Source: Anaerolineales bacterium UBA6092
GTDB lineage: Bacteria; Chloroflexota; Anaerolineae; Anaerolineales; UBA4823
Direction: 5' to 3'
Length of the DNA: 64,000 nt
NCBI GenBank assembly: GCA_002428565.1
Contig: DIXA01000026.1
Location: 5,435 to 69,434 of the forward strand
Within the stretch, counting starts at the first letter, position 1. Every line of letters starts with the position of its first letter. The notes under the pieces were generated by a model that ran no database searches, was not told where the DNA came from, and worked only from the letters and a program-made list of their open reading frames with translations. This document shows, one piece after another, positions 47,413 through 56,900 of the stretch. Position numbers and translations under genes: made by a program.

Positions 47413-49188
47413 CTATTTTTTGACCGTCATCGGCAGGTAAATTGCATAACCGCTGAAGGTATCGCCGGTGGTGAAGCGCCACACCGGACCACTGGTCACA
47501 CCGCCATTGCCGTCATCGGCGGTTACCTGCCACTCGTAAGTGGTAAAAGTCTGCAAACGCCCCAACTGACAGTAGGTGTTGGTTGTGCTGCACCACTGTA
47601 TCCAGGTAGATGATCCCTGTACCCGGCCATACACCTTGTAGGTTACCGTATCGCCGTCTGGGTCGTCACCGCACCAACTGACCATGGGATTGATGAAAAT
47701 TTGCGTGTCGTTGTCAATGGGGCTGGGGCAACCAGGGGCATTCGGCGCCTGGTTGCCGCCGCCGCCCAGGGTGTACGGCGCAGAGAACTCAGAGGTGCTC
47801 AAAACGCTGTTTGTGGCGGTGGCAGTGATCTTTGGCCCCGCCAGCGCACCGATATAAGACCAGTTGCCGCTGGCATCGGCATTGACCATACCATGATAGG
47901 TTTCGCCCTCATCAACATCATCGGAGAAGATTTGAACGATGCAGTTGGCGCAAGCAGTTCCCGAAGCGCCGCCAATCGTGGCGCTGGTGATCGTGGGCGC
48001 GGCAAGCTCGCTATTGCCGCCATCTGTCAGGTCGATGCCCTGATCCAAGTTGTTATAAATGCTGTTCTGCGAAATCCAGTTGCCCAGCGAGGCGGCACCA
48101 CCCACCCGAACCCCATCTGTAACGTTGGAGGCAATGGTATTATCAATAATGGAGTTTTCGGCGCCGTCCTGGATATAAACGCCAAAGTTATTGTCGCTAA
48201 TGGTATTGCGCTCCATGTTGGTGAAATTTGCGCCCAAAACGACGATCCCGGGTCCGGTATGGTAGCGGATGGTATTGGCCTCTAACGCTCCCCCGCCGCC
48301 AATATAGTTATATTGAGCCCCATCAGTCAGCTGCACCCCTCCTGCACCATTTGGCAGGGCCGCACCGACAATGGTTGTGCCAATCAGATTGCCGCCCAGG
48401 GCATTGCCATCAGAGCCAGCGCCGAAGATCACCACGCCGTAATTGGTGTTGCCAGAGATGAGGTTGCCCTCAGCAGCCGTGCTGCCTCCGATCGTGTTGT
48501 AAGATGCATGGTCCGTGATCATGATGCCACTCTCATTGGAGTGTGCCAATGTCCCCGATGGATTGGTGCCAATGTAATTGTTCTGCACCAGGTTGTATTG
48601 TGCCGTGCTGCCAAAGATTAGAATGCCACAATTCGCGTTGCCAGAGATCACGTTTCTGTGACCTTGGGTTGTACCGCCGATCTGGTTGTTGGCAGACGAG
48701 ATAACAAGCCCATTGAAGCCAAAGTTGTCGATATGCAAACCTCGAATCACGCATCCACCGGCAAAGAGCTGCAAACCACTGAAACTGCCGCCGCCCCCAT
48801 TCAGGATCACCCCTGGCTTGTTGTTGGTGGTATCCCATACGCTGCTGGCATCGATGGTCACCGGGTTAGAGATGGCAGGCAAGTATCCTTCGCCGACATC
48901 AATCTGGATGGTCATGGCAGAGGCAAAGGTGATCGTATCGGAATCGGAGGAGGAATTGGCCTCTTCAATAGCGGCGCGCAGCGTGCAGCGCATGCCGTTA
49001 TCCATGCAGGTTCCATCGCCCAGCATGTTATCGTGCGCGCTGGCATCATCGGCATCGCTTGTGACTACCAGAGAATCTTTGGTTGGCTGCGCAGCCGCAT
49101 CTCGCGCCGGGGCAAATACGCCCATCCAGCCGCTTGCAAGCAAGGCCGCCACAAGAAACAGGTTCAAGAAATTTCGTCGAGTTTTCAT
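47413..49188 (-). CDS. secreted PbH1 repeat protein with an extra C-terminal domain; C-terminal IYLPMTVKK tail
   Basis: ATG 49188 (MKTRRNFLNLFLVAALLASGW...). Motifs CTLRAAIEEAN...DTITFA and beta-helix repeats. The C-terminal ~90 aa include NQAPNAPGCPSP...YEWQVTADDGNGG. Confidence 0.8.
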   Translation of the reverse strand: MKTRRNFLNLFLVAALLASGWMGVFAPARDAAAQPTKDSLVVTSDADDASAHDNMLGDGTCMDNGMRCTLRAAIEEANSSSDSDTITFASAMTIQIDVGEGYLPAISNPVTIDASSVWDTTNNKPGVILNGGGGSFSGLQLFAGGCVIRGLHIDNFGFNGLVISSANNQIGGTTQGHRNVISGNANCGILIFGSTAQYNLVQNNYIGTNPSGTLAHSNESGIMITDHASYNTIGGSTAAEGNLISGNTNYGVVIFGAGSDGNALGGNLIGTTIVGAALPNGAGGVQLTDGAQYNYIGGGGALEANTIRYHTGPGIVVLGANFTNMERNTISDNNFGVYIQDGAENSIIDNTIASNVTDGVRVGGAASLGNWISQNSIYNNLDQGIDLTDGGNSELAAPTITSATIGGASGTACANCIVQIFSDDVDEGETYHGMVNADASGNWSYIGALAGPKITATATNSVLSTSEFSAPYTLGGGGNQAPNAPGCPSPIDNDTQIFINPMVSWCGDDPDGDTVTYKVYGRVQGSSTWIQWCSTTNTYCQLGRLQTFTTYEWQVTADDGNGGVTSGPVWRFTTGDTFSGYAIYLPMTVKK

Positions 49189-49274
49189 TTGATTTTCTCC
49201 TTGGTTTGTTTTTGAGATAGTTTTTTTGTACGCACTCTGTGCGAAGAACCGCCAACTTGCTCGCAAAACCTGCC

Positions 49275-50513
49275 TCAGCGCCTGCCCACATACGGGATCC
49301 AAACCCGGAGGTAAGCCGGGCTGCCGGTCACAGGCTGGTCACTTTTGGCGTAGCAGATATCCATATCTGTACCGTCGTCATCGTAGTAAACCACATGCAC
49401 ATATCCGGCCCCATCCAGCGCAACGGCAGCATCGTTCCATGCCAGCAGCGCTTCCTGATTCGTGGCCGAAGCAACCATATGCTGGCTCCATGATCCGCCC
49501 AGATTATTGGCGTAATAGATGTAGTACTTCGAATCAAAATATTCATAGACGATGTGCGCCTTACCGCTGCGATCGACCAGGATGGATGGATTGGAATTGA
49601 TCATATCGCTCGCCACCACAGTAAACGCCCACGCGCCGCTCGCATTTGTGGCATAACCGATCCGGTAACCTTCCATACTCGTGATGCCCATGGCAATATG
49701 CGCCTTGCCGTTCTCATCCAGGGCCAGCGAGGGGTGTTCGTGGCTGGCGCTCATATCGGCAGCCACCTGGCTGAAATACCAGTTGCCGCCGCTGTACAAC
49801 GCGATCCAAACGTCTTCCACATACGTGGATGCGTTGCTGCGCTGAAAAGCAACCTGGATCTGCCCGGCTTTGCTGATCTGCAACGAGGGATAACGATCAT
49901 AGGTAGCATCATCGTCTGCTACAATCAGAGTGACCCAACCACCGCTGATCGACTGGGTAAGGCTGCCCTCCTGGTAACGGATCTGGAGATCATAATCCCC
50001 GCCGCCATCCAAAGTGTCATGGTAAGTGTGGTAAGCGATGTACGCATGACCGGTGCCATCCAGTGCCATACTGAGGTGCAAAGCCCAGGTAGCAGGGATG
50101 TACCCATTCCCCGCCAACTCACCCACCCACGCGCCGCTGGCATTGGTTGCGTAGTAGATATTCATCGTCAGAGGAGGGGTTGAAGAGTCGGGCACATGCA
50201 AATACGCCACATGCGCCGCACCGCTGCTATCCACCAGAATGGTGGGGCGGTAGTTATCATCTGCAGGAATGGAAATCAACGTTGCAGACCAGGAGCCGCT
50301 GGCGTTGGTGGTATAGTAGATATCGCCGCCACTCTCGTAAGCCACATGCGCATGGCCAGCGTTGTCTACGGCGATCGTGGGCGATGTGTCATCGATAAGA
50401 TTGTTCGTCACCCGCACCGGCAAGAACGATACGCCATTTTGCGCCCAAGCCTCTGGTAAGGTTGGCACCAGGGTCAATACAAGAATACATGCCATGATCA
50501 CAATCGATTTCAT
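49275..50513 (-). CDS. secreted beta-propeller-like repeat protein; C-terminal VWIPYVGRR tail
   Basis: Signal peptide. About 7-8 repeats of the form P.i.vD..G.AHvaY......iyYATNASG.W. Confidence 0.75.
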   Translation of the reverse strand: MKSIVIMACILVLTLVPTLPEAWAQNGVSFLPVRVTNNLIDDTSPTIAVDNAGHAHVAYESGGDIYYTTNASGSWSATLISIPADDNYRPTILVDSSGAAHVAYLHVPDSSTPPLTMNIYYATNASGAWVGELAGNGYIPATWALHLSMALDGTGHAYIAYHTYHDTLDGGGDYDLQIRYQEGSLTQSISGGWVTLIVADDDATYDRYPSLQISKAGQIQVAFQRSNASTYVEDVWIALYSGGNWYFSQVAADMSASHEHPSLALDENGKAHIAMGITSMEGYRIGYATNASGAWAFTVVASDMINSNPSILVDRSGKAHIVYEYFDSKYYIYYANNLGGSWSQHMVASATNQEALLAWNDAAVALDGAGYVHVVYYDDDGTDMDICYAKSDQPVTGSPAYLRVWIPYVGRR

Positions 50514-50569
50514 CAGTTTCTCTCCCTTTATATTTTTATTTCAGCACCCAAACATCGGGTTACTCTAAA

Positions 50570-50680
50570 CCGTCTGTCCACTTCTCCATAAACGCCAGCA
50601 GTTCATCCACCCGCCGCACCCAGATCATCTCTCCACTGCTGGCATGCTGCACCCATCCCTGCCATCCAATCTAGATAGCA
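50570..50680 (-). pseudogene. 5'-truncated third copy of the small conserved ORF (sp3)
   Basis: Reads WQGWVQHASSGEMIWVRRVDELLAFMEKWTDGLE*, which aligns with WRGSVEHVASGQRFYFTSLGDLEGFIARQL of sp1. The FIVRLW N-terminal part is missing. An in-frame TAG lies at 50681-50683. Confidence 0.55.
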
Positions 50681-50689
50681 GTTTATCAA

Positions 50690-50721
50690 AGGCCTGTCTC
50701 TCAAATGTCTCAACGGATAAG
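50690..50721 (-). promoter_or_regulatory. SARP-box-like promoter retained in front of truncated sp3
   Basis: Minus strand reads GAGACAT-ttga-GAGACAG-gcctttga-TAAACT. Spacing and -10 are the same as the sp2 box. Confidence 0.45.
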
Positions 50722-50751
50722 TGGAAATCGCTACCTTGGGCTCATTTTCTG

Positions 50752-50835
50752 CTCTCGCGCGCGTGTACATCAGAAACGACTTCCTGCAGCGCCGCCAGGT
50801 CGCACTTGACCGTTGCCCGAGAGAAAATCGATGAA
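50752..50835 (-). pseudogene. remnant homologous to the 3' end (DeoR-like HTH) of reg2
   Basis: Reads ...SRATVKCDLAALQEVVS..., compared with reg2 ...SQATVKRDLAALRAAG. The DNA stretch gccaggtcgcacttgaccgttgcc matches gccaggtcgcgtttgaccgttgcc at about 58994-59017. Confidence 0.5.
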
Positions 50836-50840
50836 TCACC

Positions 50841-50871
50841 ACGCATCCCGAATCTAATGTTCGGGATGCGT
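50841..50871 (-). terminator. 12-bp stem hairpin downstream of the giant gene
   Basis: acgcatcccgaa tctaatg ttcgggatgcgt. Confidence 0.4.
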
Positions 50872-50933
50872 TTGTGTGAAACCGATCCCCTGCCCCCTTC
50901 CTGCAGTGATGAAAAGGGTAGGGGAAAGGTATC

Positions 50934-53900
50934 TTATCCGCGCTGTTTGGCCCGCCTCCGCCACAGTAGCCCGGCCCCTGCCAGGGCAGCCACGCAGATC
51001 GCTGCCAGTCCATACGACGGGAGAGGCGCAGCGCTGGCCCGGAATGCCACCAATGTCACCGCCGTCGGAACAGAGGTTGCAATGCCCCACTCCGAGAAGG
51101 CCGTCACATTGCCGGCACACACCAGGTTGTCTGTGGTCGAGCTGCTGGCTGAGCGCTCCAGGCATTCCCATTGCGTGCCCGTCCAGCGGCACAGGCGCAA
51201 TTCGCTCTCGTTCAGGCTACCCACCTGTCTCTGGTCGTAGTACAGGCACATCTCGCTCAGCGTCCAACCTGTTCCCACCGCCTCCAACTCGTAGTAACGG
51301 CCCAGCATCGTGCTGGGGGCGTTGGGGTGCGGGGCGTTGGGATGCCCGGTGATCCAGATCTCGCTCAAGCTGCCCCGCGTTCCCACGTTGCCCTTATTAG
51401 CCGATTCGCCCAGTTGGTGCCAGCCCAGCCCAGGGATGGGCTGGCGGGCCTGGCTGGCTGCGCGCAGATCGTTCTCGCTGCGTGCGTTGAAGGGCGGCGA
51501 GAACCAGCGGCCCGTCCAGGGCAGCGGGTCGCGGCCCACCAGGCGCACGCGCCAGTGATAGACCTGCCCCAGGTCCAGGCGGATCGGCTGGGCGAACATC
51601 TCAGCCCCGTTGAGCGTGGTATCCCCCCACACCGCGCTGGTTACCAACCCCGTGCCATCGAAAGGCTGGTAGAAAGGCTTGATCTCCCATTGCAGCATCA
51701 CCTGGCCGCGCCCAAAAGGCGACCGCCCCAGCAGATTGATACGGAAGGCCCCAGCAGGCGGAGTGGTCATTCCCATCGGGCCGATCGGCTCGCTGCCATC
51801 GTAGGTATACTGGCGTGGCTTCACATCGGGATGCTCACCGCCGTTGCCGTAATACAGGTAAATGGCTCCCTGGTCTGTTCCCTCGCCGTCCCATAGCGGC
51901 ACCGCTGCCAGCACATCGCTGTAGCCATCGCCGTTCACATCCCCCGCGCTGCCCACGCTGAAGCCGTATTGCGCATTGGTCTCACCGCCGCTGCCGGCCT
52001 GCCAGTCGGGCTGGATCTGCCCGTACCCCAGCCCGGCGCCTTTGAGGCCCTTGGCCGAGCCGTAGTACACGTAGGCCTGACCGCTGTCGTTATAGCCTGC
52101 ATCATCATAGAGCCGCGCCCCGATGAGCACGTCTGAGAACCCGTCCCCGTTCACATCCCCGGCGCTGCTCACCGCATTGCCCAGTTTGGCATTCACCTGG
52201 TCGGCGGGGTCGGCGTACCAGTTGGCGCTGGCTGCCAGCCCACTGGCCGAGCCGTGGAAGACATACGCCCGGCCTTCGTCGGCCCCCAGCCCGGTATCAT
52301 AGTCTGGTGCGCCAACGATCACGTCCGAGTAACCGTCCCCGTTCACATCCCCCGCTGTGTCCACCGACCAACCGGTGTGAGCGTGATCCTGATCGGCCGT
52401 AGCCCCCCAGTTCGGGCTGGTCCAGGCGCTCAGCCCCATGGAGCTGCCATAGTACGCCAGTACGGCTCCCGCATCGGTGGCTGCCGGGCTGGTATTGTCG
52501 GCATAGGGGATGCCGACGAGGATGTCTGCATAGCTATCGCCGTTGACATCGCCGGCGCTGCCCACTGCATAACCGTAAGCGGCACCGGCCTGGGTGTAGA
52601 GGCCAAACCAATCGGCGCCGCTGGCTTGCGGGGTCAGGCCGGTGGCCGAACCGTGGTACACAACCGCTGCGCCGCTGTCTGCCAGGCTCATATCCACGAA
52701 ATCGTAGTAAGGTGCCCCGATGATCACCTCGCTGTACCCGTCGCCGTTGACATCCCCCGCGCTGCCCACCGACCAGCCCCATTGTGCATTCGTCTGGTCA
52801 GGCGAGGCCGGGTCGAGCATCCAATCGGCGCTTGTGCTCAGCCCACTGGCTGAGCCGTGATAGACGTAGACGCGGCCGGTTTGGTTGCCAGCTGACCCGT
52901 AGCCCGGTGCCCCAATGATCACATCGCTGTACCCGTCGCCGTTCACATCCCCCGCTGTACCCACCGACCAGCCCAATTTGGCGCCGTTATTGTTGATGGG
53001 CGCGGTCTCCCAATCAGGCGTTGCGCTCAACCCGCTGTCTGAGCCGTGGAAAACGTAGGCCTTGCCCTCCGGCTCGATGCCGGGGTTGTAATTGTATGCC
53101 CCGATGATCACATCCGAGTAGCCGTCGCCGTTCACATCCCCTGCGCTGGCGACCGAGAAGCCAAAGTAAGCAAAATTTTGGAAATCGGGATTGAAGAGCA
53201 GCTCGGAGGTGGTGGAAAGCCCCCCCGGCGCCCCGTAGAACAGGTAGGCGCGGCCATCATAATCAAACTCAGCATGGTAATCGGGCGCGCCTGCGATCAC
53301 ATCCGAGAATCCGTCGCCATTCACATCGCCCGCAAAGCCCACTGCCACGCCAAAGTGCGCATTGTCTTGCTCGGCGGGGTCAGCGATCCAATCCGGGTGA
53401 GCCCCCAGCCCGCTGGATGAGCCGTAGTAGAGATACGCCCGGCCCTCATCGGGGTGCTGGAGGTCCAACCAGGGCGCGCTGATGAGCACATCGGCATAAC
53501 CATCGCCGTTGACATCCCCGGCTGTGCTGCTCGACCAGCCGAAGTTAGCGCCGTAAACCCCGGATTCCGTTGTGGGGTGGGCAAACCAGCTGGGCGAGCC
53601 AAAGGAGGCTGGCCCACTGGCCGAGCCGTGAAAAACATAGGCGATTCCCTCGCCGCCGAACATGCCCGGCGAGCCGATCAGCACATCACTGTAGCCGTCG
53701 CCGTTCACATCGCCGGCTGTGCCCACGCTCAGCTCGCGGCTGCCCGTCGGTGAGCCATACCAGCCCCACAGCGCCGTGTAAACCAATCCGCTGGCCGAGC
53801 CCTGGTAGAGGATCGCCGCGCTGGTATAGGTAGAAAAGCCGCCTCCCGGTGCACTGGCGATCACATCGGCGTAACCGTCACCGTTCACATCGCCCGCGCC

Positions 53901-56900
53901 GCCCACGGCTCTGCCTAGCGCGGCGCTGCTCTTGTTGTAAGGGTCATCGAAAGAGGGCTGCGATTCAAAGCCTGTGGCGTTGCCGTAGAAGATATAGATG
54001 CGCCCTTCCTCGTAGTATCCCCCGCCCGAATAAGCCGGCGCGCCCACAATGATATCGCCATACCCGTCGCCATCCACATCGCCCGCTCCGCTCACTGCAT
54101 AGCCAAATTGCGCCCGCGCCCCCGGCCCGGCCGGGTCGGTCTTGACCCAATTCGGCGTGGCGGAGAGGCCGCTGGCTGAACCAAAGTACACGTACACGGC
54201 CCCATCTCCCAGGGAATCTCCGTTATCATCATAGTTGAGCGCGCCCACCACCAGATCACTATAACCGTCGCCGTTCACGTCTCCGGCGGTGCTGGCCGAA
54301 TGCCCGAAGCATTCACTGTCATATTCGGGTGAGCCTGTGCCGTGCCAGGCGGGGATCAGGCCAGGCCCGCCTGCCCCACCATGATAGACGTATACTCCCA
54401 CGCCGCAGGTGACGTGATATTGGTTCCATGCACTCACAAACACATCCGCGTAACCGTCGCCGTTCACATCGCCTGCTGTGCCCACCGCATAACCGTTGCC
54501 CGAGAGATCGCCGTTGGCCGGGTCACCAACCCATACCGGTGATGCCTCTGCGGTCAGGCCGTTGGGAGCGCCGTAGTACAGGTAAATGCGCCCCTCATTG
54601 CCATAGCCTGAGCCAACCCGATCGAAATAGGGCGCGCCGATAAGCACATCTGTGTACCCATCTGCGTTGAGATCCCCCGCCATGGACACCCCCATGCCAA
54701 ATGCAGCCAGGTTCTGGTTGGTTGGGTCGGCCTGCCACGCTGGAGTGACCGAAAGCCCTCCCGGCGCGCCCATGTAGACGTAAGCCCGCCCCTCATAGAC
54801 ATCGCCGCTTTCGTCTCGGTAACCGTAAGCATCTGAAGAGCCCACGATGACATCGTCATACCCATCGCCGTTCACATCGCCGGCCCCGTCGATGGAAAAA
54901 CCCACATGTGCGTAGTTCTGCGGCTCGGGTGAGACAGCCCAGGCTGGCATGGTGGGGGCGCTGCTGCCGCCATGGAAGACGAAGACCCGCCCCATTTCCG
55001 TGTGGCTGCCACCATAATACGGTGCGCTGACGATCACATCCGCGTAGGAGTCGCCGTTCACATCTCCCGCGGAGGCCACCACATAGCCAAAGTTGGCATG
55101 CGCCTGTTGCGGGTTGGCCACCAGGATCACCCATTGGCTGTTGGCGGGGCCAGAGGCTGAGCCGCGATAGATATAGCCTGCTCCCTGCAAGATTTGCCCG
55201 GCCAGATCCTTATAAGGCGCACTCACGATGATATCATCATAGCCATCGTGATCCATATCTCCTGCGTTGCTCACCGACCAGCCAAAGCGCGCCCCGGCCT
55301 GGTCAGTAGGGTCGAGTTCCCAATTGGGAACAACGGATAAACCCAGCGCCGAGCCAAAATAGACCAGCGCTTTGCCTTCGGTCGCCGCGGCATCGCTGTA
55401 ACCCGGCGCGCCGATGAGGATATCCGCAAAGCCATCGTCGTTCACATCCCCGGCTGTGCTGGCTGAGCGCCCAAACTCAAGCAGATCCTGGTCGATGGGG
55501 CTGTTTCCCCAGGCCGGCTTCCAGGTCAGGCCGCTGGGCGAGCCATAATACACCATCGCCATGCCCTGGTCCGTGTGCAAGGCGGTATCAAAGCCCGGCG
55601 CGCCCACGATCAGGTCGTCATAGCCGTCGCCGTTCACATCCCCGGCGCTTTCCGCCGCGCCCCCAAAGTAGGCGTAATCCTGGTCGCTGGGGTCCACATA
55701 CCAGGTTTCGCCGGCTGGAGGAAGCAGGCCGTGGGGTGAGCCATAGTATGCGAAGACGCGCCCCTCATCGCTGACGCTGGCATCGTAGCTGTAAGCGCCG
55801 CCCACCACATCAACATAGCCATCGCCGTTGAAGTCGCCGGCGGAGGCCGACAAGCCAAAGCCAGAATCATCCTGATCGCTGGGGTGGAGTTGGGCCTCGG
55901 CGGTTAGCTCGCACCACGGCCCGTGGGTATAGATCGTGACCTCCAGCACAGACAAGAAACCCTCCTGAGGCATGAAACCGGCCAGGTTTGTGCGGTAACC
56001 GCCCACTAAGATTTCGCCATCCCCGTCGCCATCAGTATCGCCTGCCGGAGAGACCCACTGCCCCATCTGGCTGCCGGCCTGTTCGTAGGGGTTCAGCGCG
56101 CAGAACTGCACTTCGTCGAGACCTCCCAGGGAGGGGAACACATAAAGGCGGCCTTCATCCCAGTAAATGCTGTCATCATATTTGGGCGCGCCAACCACCA
56201 CGCCTAAGTGGGTTGCCGGATCGATGGCGCTAACCGTCGCGCCGAACTGCGCATCGTCCTGATTGGTGGGGTCTGCCCACCAGTAAGGCGTTGTTTCCAG
56301 GCCGCTGTTGCTCCCGCTGTACACATACACCCGGCCTTCGCCGCTGTTTTCGCCCGAGTAGCCCGGCGCGCCGATGATCACATCCGGGCGCCCTGCATCT
56401 GGGGCTGCTGTCTGGCCGTACACGCGGATATCGTCCAGGCCAAAACTGTCTCCATCCAGGCCGTGGTACTCCCAGGCCAGGCGGATGGATTGGCCCGCGT
56501 AGGCCGAGAGATCGACGGATACCATGCGATACGCAAAGGAGGACCAATTTTCATCCGCAATCATATCCCACAGCGTATCGGTGTAAGCCTCACTGGCCTC
56601 GATCGCATAGAGCGTCACCGTCGCGCCAGGGTATAGCGTATCGCCTTTCGCCCAAAATTCGAGCGTGGTGGATAGAACGTCCGTTGTTACGGTAAAAGCC
56701 GGGCTGAGCAGCCATTCACTTTGCGTAATGACCGCGTCATAGTTCACCCAACCGGCAAAACTACCCGAATGGGCATCTCCTGCACCAGCAAGCATCCACT
56801 TTTTCAGTGAGGCGCTGAAGCTGCGCGTTTCCCATGCGCTGGGGGGCATCAGCCCTGCCTCGAAGCCCTGCTCCCACAGCGCAATGGTGCGGGGGAGGTC

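Noticed and set aside
50681-50735. Possible frameshifted N-terminal extension of the sp3 pseudogene (TYPLRHLRDRPLINCYLDW)
   Set aside because: On re-reading, this stretch aligns with the sp2 promoter (GAGACAT-N4-GAGACAG-N8-TAAACT) and not with coding sequence. sp3 is 5'-truncated, not frameshifted.
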